From positions 15,500,001-15,564,000 of the forward strand of contig OZ249445.1 of the NCBI GenBank assembly GCA_965235115.1: 64,000 nt of DNA, in the 5' to 3' direction. Below are positions 26,298 to 39,975 of this stretch, piece after piece. Both the position numbers and the translations under genes were made by a program. Source of the DNA: Laetmonice hystrix. Taxonomy: Eukaryota. The notes beneath the pieces are model-generated. The model did not search any database, had not been told where the DNA came from, and saw only the letters and a program-made list of their open reading frames with translations. Position 1 is the first letter of the stretch. Each line of letters starts with the position of its first letter.

Positions 26298-29200
26298 AAC
26301 TGTGTGTCGTGAACCCTTATCTCTCGGGTACCTCAATATGACACACTCTCACCATCTCTCAAACAAAACCACGGCTCTCTCGGGTACCTCAATACGACAC
26401 ACTCCCACCATCTCTCAAACAAAACCATGGCTATCTCGGGTACCTCAATATGACACACTCCCACCATCTCTCAAACAAAACCCTGATCTCTCGGGTACCT
26501 CAATATGACACACTCCCACCATCTCTCAAACAAAACCACGGCTCTCTCGGGTACCTCAATATGACACCATCTCTCAAACAAAACCACGGCTCTCTCGGGT
26601 ACCTCAATACGACACACTCCCACCATCTCTCAAACAAAACCCTGATCTCTCGGGTACCTCAATATGACACACTCCCACCATCTCTCAAACAAAACCCTGA
26701 TCTCTCGGGTACCTCAATATGACACACTCCCACCATCTCTCAAACAAAACCCTGATCTCTCGGGTACCTCAATACGACACACTCCCACCATCTCTCAAAC
26801 AAAACCACGGCTCTCTCGGATACCTCAATATGACACACTCCCACCATCTCTCAAACAAAACCCTGATCTCTCGGGTACCTCAATATGACACACTCCCACC
26901 ATCTCTCAAACAAAACCCTGATCTCTCGGGTACCTCAATATGACACACTCCCGCCATCTCTCAAACAAAACCATGGCTCTCTCGGGTACCTCAATATGAC
27001 ACACTCCCGCCATCTCTCAAACAAAACCCTGATCTCTCGGGTACCTCAATATGACACACTCCCACCATCTCTCAAACAAAACTGTGTGTTGTGAAACCTC
27101 AATATGACACACTCCCGCCATCTCTCAAACAAAACCACGGCTCTCTCGGGTACCTCAATATGACACACTCCCACCATCTCTCAAACAAAACCCTGATCTC
27201 TCGGGTACCTCAATATGACACACTCCCACCATCTCTCAAACAAAACTGTGTGTCGTGAAACCTCAATATGACACACTCCCACCATCTCTCAAACAAAACC
27301 CTGATCTCTCGGGTACCTCAATATGACACACTCCCACCATCTCTCAAACAAAACCCTGATCTCTCGGGTACCTCAATATGACACACTCCCACCATCTCTC
27401 AAACAAAACCCTGATCTCTCGGGTACCTCAATACGACACACTCCCACCATCTCTCAAACAAAACCCTGATCTCTCGGGTACCTCAATATGACACACTCCC
27501 ACCATCTCTCAAACAAAACCACGGCTCTCTCGGGTACCTCAATATGACACACTCCCACCATCTCTCAAACAAAACCCTGATCTCTCGGGTACCTCAATAT
27601 GACACACTCCCACCATCTCTCAAACAAAACCACGGCTCTCTCGGGTACCTCAATACGACACACTCCCACCATCTCTCAAACAAAACCATGGCTATCTCGG
27701 GTACCTCAATATGACACACTCCCACCATCTCTCAAACAAAACCCTGATCTCTCGGGTACCTCAATATGACACACTCCCACCATCTCTCAAACAAAACCAC
27801 GGCTCTCTCGGGTACCTCAATATGACACCATCTCTCAAACAAAACCACGGCTCTCTCGGGTACCTCAATACGACACACTCCCACCATCTCTCAAACAAAA
27901 CCCTGATCTCTCGGGTACCTCAATATGACACACTCCCACCATCTCTCAAACAAAACCCTGATCTCTCGGGTACCTCAATATGACACACTCCCACCATCTC
28001 TCAAACAAAACCCTGATCTCTCGGGTACCTCAATACGACACACTCCCACCATCTCTCAAACAAAACCACGGCTCTCTCGGATACCTCAATATGACACACT
28101 CCCACCATCTCTCAAACAAAACCCTGATCTCTCGGGTACCTCAATATGACACACTCCCACCATCTCTCAAACAAAACCCTGATCTCTCGGGTACCTCAAT
28201 ATGACACACTCCCGCCATCTCTCAAACAAAACCATGGCTCTCTCGGGTACCTCAATATGACACACTCCCGCCATCTCTCAAACAAAACCCTGATCTCTCG
28301 GGTACCTCAATATGACACACTCCCACCATCTCTCAAACAAAACTGTGTGTTGTGAAACCTCAATATGACACACTCCCGCCATCTCTCAAACAAAACCACG
28401 GCTCTCTCGGGTACCTCAATATGACACACTCCCACCATCTCTCAAACAAAACCCTGATCTCTCGGGTACCTCAATATGACACACTCCCACCATCTCTCAA
28501 ACAAAACTGTGTGTCGTGAAACCTCAATATGACACACTCCCACCATCTCTCAAACAAAACCCTGATCTCTCGGGTACCTCAATATGACACACTCCCACCA
28601 TCTCTCAAACAAAACCCTGATCTCTCGGGTACCTCAATACGACACACTCCCACCATCTCTCAAACAAAACCCTGATCTCTCGGGTACCTCAATACGACAC
28701 ACTCCCACCATCTCTCAAACAAAACCCTGATCTCTCGGGTACCTCAATATGACACACTCCCACCATCTCTCAAACAAAACCACGGCTCTCTCGGGTACCT
28801 CAATATGACACACTCCCACCATCTCTCAAACAAAACCCTGATCTCTCGGGTACCTCAATATGACACACTCCCACCATCTCTCAAACAAAACTGTGTGTTG
28901 TGAAACCTCAATATGACACACTCCCGCCACCTCTCAAACAAAACCACGGCTCTCTCGGGTACCTCAATATGACACACTCCCACCATCTCTCAAACAAAAC
29001 CCTGATCTCTCGGGTACCTCAATATGACACACTCTCACCATCTCTCAAACAAAACCCTGATCTCTCGGGTACCTCAATATGACACACTCCCACCATCTCT
29101 CAAACAAAACCCTGATCTCTCGGGTACCTCAATATGACACACTCCCACCATCTCTCAAACAAAACCACGGCTCTCTCGGGTACCTCAATATGACACACTC

Positions 29201-29318
29201 CCACCATCTCTCAAACAAAACCCTGATCTCTCGGGTACCTCAATATGACACACTACCGCCATCTCTCAAACAAAACTGTGTGTCGTGAAACCTCAATATG
29301 ACACACTCCCACCATCTC
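26298..29318. repeat. ~55-bp satellite, ~55 copies, three unit variants, with a higher-order duplication
   Basis: Core CAATATGACACACTCCCACCATCTCTCAAACAAAAC followed by CCTGATCTCTCGGGTACCT (55 bp), CACGGCTCTCTCGGGTACCT (56 bp) or TGTGTGTTGTGAAACCT (53 bp). Confidence 0.98.
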
Positions 29319-29366
29319 CCACGGACCTCCTTCACCGCCAGGTCTGAGGTCCACTGTCAGTAACCA

Positions 29367-29890
29367 CTGTCACGCACTGAGAGACTGACAGGTCTCTAAG
29401 CTACACCTGTCACGCACTCAGAGACTGACAGGTCTCTAAGCTACACCTGTCACGCACTCAGAGACTGACAGGTCTCTAAGCTACACCTGTCACGCACTCA
29501 GAGACTGACAGGTCTCTAAGCTACACCTGTCACGCACTCAGAGACTGACAGGTCTCTAAGCTACACCTGTCACGCACTCAGAGACTGACAGGTCTCTAAG
29601 CTACACCTGTCACGCACTCAGAGACTGACAGGTCTCTAAGCTACACCTGTCACGCACTCAGAGACTGACAGGTCTCTAAGCTACACCTGTCACGCACTCA
29701 GAGACTGACAGGTCTCTAAGCTACACCTGTCACGCACTCAGAGACTGACAGGTCTCTAAGCTACACCTGTCACGCACTCAGAGACTGACAGGTCTCTAAG
29801 CTACACCTGTCACGCACTCAGAGACTGACAGGTCTCTAAGCTACACCTGTCACGCACTCAGAGACTGACAGGTCTCTAAGCTACACCTGT
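29367..29890. repeat. 40-bp minisatellite, 13 essentially identical copies
   Basis: Unit CTGTCACGCACTCAGAGACTGACAGGTCTCTAAGCTACAC. Confidence 0.98.
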
Positions 29891-32800
29891 CCGCACAGTT
29901 TGTGTTGACTTTTCGCGGCCGTTTCACTCGTATCTAACAAGAAATTAAAATGCTGACCTTGATATCCGTTGCGTGAGGTTGTAATTTCCCTGTATTATCG
30001 ACTTTTAGACTTGGTCCGCCATTCTCATTGCTCTCAAGATGGATCTGTCAGAGACTGACGGGGCCCAGCCAATAGTTAATCCGGTACCCTACCTTCAACC
30101 TTCAAACACTGACAGCACGGCGCCACACGTCAGCTTCACCTATTACTTCATGGCAAAACGACACTTCTATTCTCCTAGCTTTAGCTCGGAGACAACTTAG
30201 AGAAAATCCAACTGTAAAATCCACTATATTATACTAATCAGAATGGATTTGACGGAAGGTTTTATCTCATTACTCTTGGTAGTCTTAGTCTTACAGTGGA
30301 GAATCGGAGAAGTTATGATTTAAAGTTACCTACTCTTGACAGACGTGCTGGGCTCCATACGGTATTACATTCTATGAAATTATGTTCAACCACAGAGCCG
30401 TCTTGCTATAATTACACTGTCCATAATGTTAGCACGGGTTTATTTATTCTCCACTCAAAGCAGAACACAGACGCTTTGAAGATTAATTCTACAGACAAAA
30501 GATGTTCCCATTCTTAAAGCTCACAGCTATCCTCGTTACTGTTTACACAACTGATGGAAATGCTATAAATTAAGATCAAACAGAAGCTCTCCAATGCAAA
30601 CGTCTTGTCCATATTTATGGAAGGTACCATCAATCTTTCAGACTACCATTTATTTTTCAAAGTAATTTATCATTATGTAACTGTAACTGCGACTTTACAA
30701 GATGCCGAGAGAGAGGCAAACACAGACAAAAGGACGATGTTATCTCCCACACACACAGTCATATGCATGAATATAAACCCTACTCAAAATAAGGTAACTT
30801 CGGGTTCTAAATACACTAACCCAGGGGAAATTATTAAATCTAAACGTTTCTAATGGGGGGGGGGGGGGCTTAAAATAATATAAAATAAATGCATGGACAG
30901 GACACTAGTATATCTTTAGTAATAATCGTTAATATTAAAATACGCTTGTCCAATAGTTTAATGTTGCCATGTTAGATCGCGTATAGCAACTTGATATCGG
31001 GATTTAAAACTTCAATTCAGAATCTTCACTTCTGCTTCAAGAATTAGCAAAACCGAAAAGGAAACTTTCTTTTTCATTTTCCTGAGAGGGTATTAATTGA
31101 AGATTTGACGAAAATTATCCCTTTCATATTTTCTAAGACTGTTATCACTAGAAACCCTTAGTGAACTGGGATTCCTCCTTGGCTATCACAAATAAAGGCG
31201 CTCCCATAGGGCACCACTTCTCCCAGCCTCAAATATAATGTTGATGGAAGGAAATTAAAATTTTGTTTTGTTGTATTTGCCAAATTGATTGGACTAGGCA
31301 TCTTGAAATTAGCGCATGGGGCTTAAGTACACGTGCGGTGTAATTGGTGGTGGTAGGGTGGGGCCATCCAAGTCCCATACCAATCACACCATCGTCCCTG
31401 CCACAGCAAGGTGCCGCTTTCATCCAGGCCCATTGTTATCTAATGCCGAACCAGAACCCAATTGGATTATGTGTCCCAGCAAGCACATCTAGTGCATAAC
31501 GTCTACGCCATGCAGTCAGGGCTGTTTCAATGGTTTAAAAGCCCCTGAAAACAAACAGACATCCATTTGGCAAGGCTGGGCGGGGCCGGGGGGACTAAGT
31601 CCTGCACAAATGCGAGGACCGACATCTTGACATGTGGAACAATCACCATCGAACAAAAGGATGTGGCAGCAGATTTCAGTTAAGCCGACTCTACCATCAA
31701 CCAAGGATGTTGGTGTCGGGCTGGCAGGCCATCTGTCTGTATTCGCCTTCCCGGGCTCTCCACATACATTATGTCTCTAAAACTGCCGAATTCCACTCTT
31801 TCAGGGCTTAAACCGCTGAAGTTACCACCAAACATATATATCCTGTGAATCTTACATACGACTTTCTATTTTATCAACAACACAATTACGGGGATTCAAA
31901 ACCCGGTTGCGGTACTAGATAAATGACAAACAGGTAGTACTACTGAGTCGATCGCTTAAAAAGAATATTTCAAGTATCCAATATGACGAATAGTTCCCCA
32001 ATAACCTTGGGGAATTTTCTCATTAAAAGGTGTTACCCATAGTCATGTCTTAAACAAAACACCGCATACTTTAAAGCGCCTGGGAGCAAAATAAAAAATC
32101 TGCATTTTAATTTACCACAGTCTGTCTGTTAATCAATGCACACTGTTCTCTCGGACCTTAAGGCCGATTGTAATATCACCCAAACAGAGCGCGGTTTTTT
32201 TTGACTGTAGCAGGACTGTTCTCAGATTGCTGCAGCACGAAATCTATCTTTCTGTTGAGTTTCATGGATTGTGAGGATTGCTCAATACCTCATCATGTAA
32301 GTTCACTGGAGTTATAGTTATGGTTTAAGTCGTTGTTGTGTGCGGTTTGGCATTATTAGGAGACTCCTAGGAAGTAGAACAATCTGCCTCACAGGGTCTG
32401 CAGGAACAGAGTTTGAACTTTGAACACAACATAATCTCATCTTAAAAAAGTTGCGAAACGGAAGGAAGGTTCTCTGAAAAATCCCACGTTTAAACCGGTA
32501 GCGTCCGTCCCAGACTTGCATACCATTTAATTTAATATAATAGAGCGTATATGGCTAGACGACTATAGACTTGTGAATCTGTCCACTGACCACACGTTCT
32601 CCGTGTCCACGATCGTCAGGCTAGGAGACAGGGAGTCAAGGAGCTGGCGGCAACCACAGAGATTTGCTCCTCTCTCGCCGGTAGTGACATTTAAAACTGA
32701 TCACTCGGCGCTGGCCGTGTCTGCTCCCCTCTGGTATAATCCATACCCTGGGTAGCACGTGTAAATGTCAGCCCATTTAGAGAGATCTCGGGGCGGGCAC

Positions 32801-33024
32801 TGCTCGCATTACAAACTGGCCCAACTCAGCAAACTTTACAAAACTAAAGAGGACTTCTGACACAGCCATCTACATCTAGGAGCTCAGCTCGGGCCGGGGG
32901 CCTAGCTGAGGAGGTCTGGAACTCGCAGATATGGCTGGTATTATTTTCAACGGTATATTCTACGTCCCTGGGCCTCTCGATAGATCAGTCCCAGAACTGC
33001 GACCCTTGCTTCATCTCAGCACGA

Positions 33025-33681
33025 CACCAACTGACGCATGTCCTCGATGAACTGTACCAACGACCTAACTAACAGCTGCACCAACTGACGCATGTCCTCG
33101 AGGAACTGTACCAACGACCTAACTAACAGCTGCACCAACTGACGCATGTCCTCGATGAACTCTACCAACGACCTAACTAACAGCTGCACCAACTGACGCA
33201 TGTCCTCGATGAACTCTACCAACGACCTAACTAACAGCCACACCAACTGACGCATGTCCTCGATGAACTATAGCAACGACCTAACTAACAGCTGCACCAA
33301 CTGACGCCTGTCCTCGATGAACTGTACCAACGACCTAACTAACAGCTACACCAACTGACGCATGTCCTCGATGAACTGTGCCAACGACCTAACTAACAGC
33401 TGCACCAACTGACGCATGTCCTCGATGAACTGTGCCAACGACCTAACTAACAGCTGCACCAACTGACGCCTGTCCTCGATGAACTGTACCAACGACCTAA
33501 CAGCTACACCAACTGACGCATGTCCTCGATGAATTGTACCAACGACCTAACAGCTACACCAACTAACGCATGTCCTCGAATCGATGAACTGTACCAACGA
33601 CCTAACTAACAGCTGCACCAACTGACGCATGTCCTCGATGAACTGTACCAACGACCTAACTAACAGCTGCACCAACTGACG
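33025..33681. repeat. 54-bp minisatellite, ~12 copies
   Basis: Unit CACCAACTGACGCATGTCCTCGATGAACTGTACCAACGACCTAACTAACAGCTG; it explains the 18-aa repeat ORFs. Confidence 0.97.
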
Positions 33682-35347
33682 TATACCCTTAAAGCCGCGG
33701 GTGTTGTCCTTGAAATGGAAAGCTACTATTCTGATGGCTTCATTTAATAACACAGCCAGGGCCTGCTATGTTGTGAACCAGAAAGGATCAGTCGAAGCCT
33801 GTCTATGCCGGCTTGGGATGTTGCCATTAATACCCTTGATGATTCCACCCAGCTCAATGGACCACATTCCGCGACTGGACATGGCTTCCCTTCCCTCGCT
33901 TTGTTTGCCTGATAAGCATCGCTGAAAGCTCTCTGTATGAAATAAAAACGACCGTCGTACAGACTTCTCTATCAGCGGCTGGCATTTACTACGGAATCAT
34001 GGCCATAATGGTCGATATTCACTCGACTCCTGTCGATGGGCGCTGACTTCAACCCCCCCCCCCCCCCCCCCCACTCCCCAATCCGCGACATCGCTCAACA
34101 CGCGACACCGGCGACAGAAATCGCCGCGATCGACCACGTAACAAGAGTCGACATCTTAGCATTGATCCATCGGTGACACTTTCTCTGTCAGCTATGTGAC
34201 GTGATACCCAAAACAAGTTTCTATGTGACGTGATACCAAAAACAACAGTTTCCATGAACAGGAAGATCTTAATGAGCAATCTCTAACGTTATGATGGATG
34301 TTCTACCTGGATACTCGAAATGACATCCAATATAATATCGGATGACGCTGCAGAGGATTACCACAATGTTTGTGTCAATAATCATCCATACTTCGCAAAC
34401 CATCCTATCAAACATGAGATCATCGATTCATAGTCGACAGCTATTAAAATAGAGCCACGGATAATTGGTTTATCTAATCTTGGCAATACATCCTCAGCGA
34501 CCCGCGAATTAACATACTCTGCGCCTTTCTCAGCTGGAAAATTGAAACAATTCAGTCGATACACAATCGACAAAAGTAGATTTTTGTGTGTTCGGATCTC
34601 TGGAATGATACCACAAACATAACATAGCAAAGATGCAAACTCTAACATGGTACAGCCAACACCAAACTCGATTGTCAAGTCAGGGCAGTTATTTTCTATT
34701 CGCTCCGTTTATCATATTTCAACAATGCTGTTCCAACTTCAATCCTTTCTTTGTCCATCGATTTTCATGGCAACAATACCGAAGGGTATATTGAACTTTT
34801 GTATCAACCTGGCGCTTTTGTAATTTGGCCATGTTTGTCGCTTTACATTTGGCTCAATCCCACAGTAAACGCTGCGTTTATCCTGCAAATACAAGTCTGA
34901 CATGTGAGCGTCATGCTGGGCATGCAATCAGTCTGAGAATGAAGCACTTACACCCAGTCGCCACCATCTCATGCCATATTACTGCTACAGAGCGTGCAGG
35001 GTTATTCCCCGACCGTCCCAGAAATTGGGAACAAGTGTTGGGGCTAAGAGTTAAACGCAGGGCTCGGGGTGGGGATACGTATTTTGGGGTGGTCTGGGTG
35101 GTATGGTTAGGTTTTGGCCCCAAAAAAGTAATTTTGTTCTAAGCCCAAACTTGGTGGATATTTGACCATCGGGGATCTCCTGTGTCGAGCCGGGTGGCTG
35201 TGAGGTTCGGGAGGCCCCACCGGCAGTCCGTCTCATAGCGTCGTGCATCCATTCATCAGAACGACCTGTAAATGTTTAATCCCGCCCTCGATGACCCCAG
35301 CCCTGCCCGTCTATATCTCCTTCCGCCCTGTCCCTTCATCCATCACA

Positions 35348-36660
35348 CCATCCTCACCCCATGCTCACCATCCTCACCCCATGCTCACCATCCTCACCCC
35401 ATGCTCACCATCCTCACCCCATGCTCACCATCCTCACCCCATGCTCACCATCCTCACCCCATGCTCACCATCCTCACCCCATGCTCACCATCCTCAGCCC
35501 ATGCTCACCATCCTCAGCCCATGCTGACCATCCTCACCCCATGCTCACCATCCTCACCCCATGCTCACCATCCTCACTCCATGCTCACCATCCTCACCCC
35601 ATGCTCACCATCCTCACCCCATGCTCACCATCCTCAGCCCATGCTCACCATCCTCACCCCATGCTCACCATCCTCACCCCATGCTCACCATCCTCACCCC
35701 ATGCTTACCATCCTCACCCCATGCTCACCATGCTCACCCCATGCTCACCATCCTCACCCCATGCTCACCATCCTCAGCCCATGCTGACCATCCTCACCCC
35801 ATGCTCACCCCATGCTCACCATCCTCACCCCATGCTCACCATCCTCACCCCATGCTCACCATCCTCACCCCATGCTCACCATCCTCACCCCAGGCTCACC
35901 ATCCTCACCCCAGGCTCACCATCCTCACCCCAGGCTCACCATCCTCACCCCATGCTCACCATGCTCACCCCATGCTCACCATGCTCACCCCAGGCTCACC
36001 ATCCTCACCCCAGGCTCACCATCCTCACCCCAGGCTCACCATCCTCACCCCATGCTCACCATCCTCACCCCATGCTCACCATCCTCAGCCCATGCTTACC
36101 ATCCTCACCCCATGCTCACCATCCTCACCCCATGCTCACCATCCTCACCCCATGCTCACCATCCTCACCCCATGCTCACCATCCTCACCCCATGCTCACC
36201 ATCCTCACCCCATGCTCACCATCCTCACCCCATGCTCACCATCCTCACCCCATGCTCACCATCCTCACCCCATGCTCACCATCCTCACCCCATGCTCACC
36301 ATCCTCACCCCATGCTCACCATCCTCACCCCATGCTCACCATCCTCACCCCATGCTCACCTTCCTCACCCCATGCTCACCATCCTCACCCCATGCTCACC
36401 ATCCTCACCCCATGCTCACCATCCTCACCCCATGCTCACCATCCTCACCCCATGCTCACCATCCTCACCCCATGCTCACCATCCTCACCCCATGCTCACC
36501 ATCCTCACCCCATGCTCACCATCCTCACCCCATGCTCACCTTCCTCACCCCATGCTCACCATCCTCACCCCATGCTCACCATCCTCACCCCATGCTCACC
36601 ATCCTCACCCCATGCTCACCATCCTCACCCCATGCTCACCATCCTCACCCCATGCTCACT
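35348..36660. repeat. 20-bp minisatellite, ~65 copies
   Basis: Unit ATCCTCACCCCATGCTCACC (two related half-units); a CCAGGCTC variant clusters at about 35890-36040. Confidence 0.98.
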
Positions 36661-37226
36661 CATCTACGGAAATGGCAAAACACCTATTCCGATCACCCTC
36701 TTCAAATGGGATACTCTGTAACTTCTACCGTTTTTGTTAAGATACAAGATCTTCTATATAGAAGGAAATACCAAATAGGGGGTGGAGGGCGGTGGGGCGG
36801 GGGGTTGGGTCTCGGCTGGCTGTGACCCGGGTCCCGTGTCAGGACACAGGACACCATCGCAATCTGATACCTTGTGGTGCAGTCTAAGATCTAATCCTCA
36901 TGACAGGGTGTCCTCATTGATCTCAGTGTGAAACCAGCAGGTGAAACCAGTTGTTGAAGTCATTCGTTGTAAGCTGAATATTTACAAAACGACTGAAACC
37001 AACCGACACTGAGCTAGCCGCCAAACGAAATCAGCTAAACTAGGTCAAGAGGACCTGCGTGGTCGCCGGTTTAGTGACCACAGGTTTGGGGAAGTCTCCG
37101 TTGTATAATAGATACCATTCGGAGTGACAACACAGTATGGCAGTAGGGGTTATCCAATAACAAGTAGCCATTTATCAATGACAAATACAAAAAAACAGCA
37201 AACAGTAGAAGATGACTGGTACTTAC

Positions 37227-37328
37227 CCGCGTGTTGTTTCGCTCTGCTTTCAGTTCCGAGATCTCTTCCTCCCGTTCTAACAGTTGTTCCCGTGTTTGAT
37301 TTAATTCTTTGGTCAACTGCGCAAACTC
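37227..37328 (-). CDS. PPFIA: Liprin-alpha exon, 102 nt: [34 protein letters not shown]
   Basis: Acceptor ttgttgtcacacag|GAG and donor CGG|gtaagt; the peptide matches the liprin-alpha coiled coil. Confidence 0.97.
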
Positions 37329-37687
37329 CTGTGTGACAACAAGAAAACAAAGTTAAGTAAAGAGAAAACCCCCTGAGTCCAAACAGCCATTCAACTACTC
37401 TATCATGCAAGGGAACACTACTGCAAAACCTGATAAGTAAATCTGCTCACGTTGTATTGGTGTTGGCTCACCGGCAATACGCCGATTAACCAACGCGCAG
37501 AATTTATTCAAAGGTAGAAACTTCGACCAAAAGAGCAAAGTACGACCCGAGCTGATTTTCTATTGTTGTTACATTGTTATACTCTGTGATTGATGATGGA
37601 ACCTGCCGCCAGAACGTGTTAGTGTCGGTGTGCGGACAGCTAACAAAGGAAGATCAGAGGATGCTCTCACAGTGGGAGCCATAATGT

Positions 37688-39157
37688 GCCTGCTACACAG
37701 GCCCGCACCATGTACTACTGACAGTCTGCTACACAGGCCCGCACCATGTACTACTGACAGCCTGCTACACAGGCCCGCACCATGTACTACTGACGGCCTG
37801 CTACACATGCCCGCACCATGTACTACTGACAGCCTGCTACACAGGCCCGCACCATGTACTACTGACAGCCTGCTACACATGCCCGCACCATGTACTACTG
37901 ACGGCCTGCTACACAGGCCCGCACCATGTACTACTGACGGCCTGCTACACATGCCCGCACCATGTACTACTGACGGCCTGCTACACAGGCCCGCACCATG
38001 TACTACTGACAGCCTGCTACACAGGCCCGCACCATGTACTACTGACAGCCTGCTACACAGGCCCGCACAATGTACTACTGACAGCCTGCTACACAGGCCC
38101 GCACCATGTACTACTGACGGCCTGCTACACAGGCCCGCACCATGTACTACTGACGGCCTGCTACACAGGCCCGCACCATGTACTACTGACGGCCTGCTAC
38201 ACAGGCCCGCACCATGTACTACTGACGGCCTGCTACACAGGCCCGCACCATGTACTACTGACGGCCTGCTACACAGGCCCGCACCATGTACTACTCACAG
38301 CCTGCTCCACAGGCCCGCACCATGTACTACTCACAGCCTGCTACACAGGCCCGCACCATGTACTACTGACAGCCTGCTACACAGGCCCGCACCATGTACA
38401 ACTCTCAGCCTGCTACACAGGCCCCCACCATGTACTACTGACAGCCTGCTAGGCCTACACAGGCCCGCACCATGTACTACTGACAGCCTGCTACACAGGC
38501 CCGCACCATGTACTACTGACAGCCTGCTACACAGGCCCGCACCATACATGTACTGACAGCCTGCTAGGCCTACACTGGCCTGCACCATGTACTACTGACA
38601 GCCTGCTACACAGGCCCGCACCATGTACTACTGACAGCCTGCTAGGCCTACACAGGCCCGCACCATGTACTACTGACAGCCTGCTAGGCCTACACAGGCC
38701 CGCACCATGTACTACTGACAGCCTGCTAGGCCTACACAGGCCCGCACCATGTACTACTCACAGCCTGCTCCACAGGCCCGTTCCATGTACTACTGACAGC
38801 CTGCTCAACAAGCCCGCACCATGTACGACTGACAGCCTGCTACACAGGCCCGCACCATGTACTACTGACAGCCTGCTACACAGGCCCGCACCATGTACTA
38901 CTGACAGCCTGCTACACAGGCCCGCACCATGTACTACTGACAAGCCTGCTACACAGGCCCGCACCATGTACTACTCACAGCCTGCTACACAGGCCCGCAC
39001 CATGTACTACTGACAGCCTGCTCCACAGGCCCGTTCCATGTACTACTGACAGCCTGCTACACAGGCCCGCACCATGTACTACTGACAGCCTGCTACACAG
39101 GCCCGCACCATGTACTACTGACAGCCTGCTAGGCCTACACAGGCCCGCACCATGTAC
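37688..39157. repeat. 36-bp minisatellite, ~40 copies
   Basis: Unit CCTGCTACACAGGCCCGCACCATGTACTACTGACAG; it explains the LLHRPAPCTTDS ORF. Confidence 0.98.
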
Positions 39158-39975
39158 AACTCACAATCTACCAGTCAACAATTGGTAAACATACAACCAC
39201 AGGACCACTGCGAACTGCCGTATTACACGGGTAAAAATCACACCAAAGTCAACGGGAACCACTCTCTCTGTCGCTCTAATCTCTACACCCCCAGACTGAC
39301 GGCTACATTGTTTATTCTAATCTTACCTCTGTCAGTCTATATTTCTATACTCGTCAGACAGCAGTGCAGGAGCTGGCAGCTAAAGCAAGGCTAATCTTTC
39401 TATGGCACACTTGTCCAGCAGTTCTGAGGACAAGCAAACAAAACTGCACTATCTGGCTGTCAAAAAATACACTTCTCTCATAGATAATGCCGTCTTGCAC
39501 GGTCTACATCCAAACGTTTCCGTTCAGGGCACAGAGTGTAGTTAAAATCTAACCTATCGAATGGTAATACTAGCATGGAAACTTAGTTGGTTATGCTGCA
39601 GGCAAAATTCGATTGGTGATCAGATCCCTGCTCCATCGAACGGAGCGGGACCAGGTCCACAAAGATGATCCGAGACAGGAGTGAAGACCTCGAGCCGAGC
39701 GAGGCCTACATAATCACTGACGTCTCCACCACCTGGACACGCTTGGAGCATCTTTAAATGATTGCCAACCGACCTACCCTGGGCGTTGGTCCAGTAAGGT
39801 CTGCTTATCTCTCTCTGACCCGATCCTGGCAGTCTATCCGTACGTACGTCAGATAATCTCCACCTATAGGTCAATCATATACTGGTCACCTCCCCACGGG
39901 TTGATTAGATTATTACTGGTCTACCGCCGCTACCAGACACTGCCGACAGTTGCCGCGGTCTCCGGAGCCTTGGGT

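Noticed and set aside
34467-34490. GLSNLGNT, like the USP deubiquitinase Cys box
   Set aside because: The catalytic Cys and following YMNS.LQ are absent, and the frame has stops on both sides.
35243-36825. Long ORFs of 337-459 aa (MLTILTPCSPSSPHAHHPHP repeats)
   Set aside because: They are translations of the 20-bp minisatellite and are open in all three frames; not protein-coding evidence.
37569-38967. 308-aa LLHRPAPCTTDS repeat ORF and its antisense ORFs
   Set aside because: The 36-bp unit is a multiple of 3 and lacks stops; it is an intronic repeat with no domain similarity.
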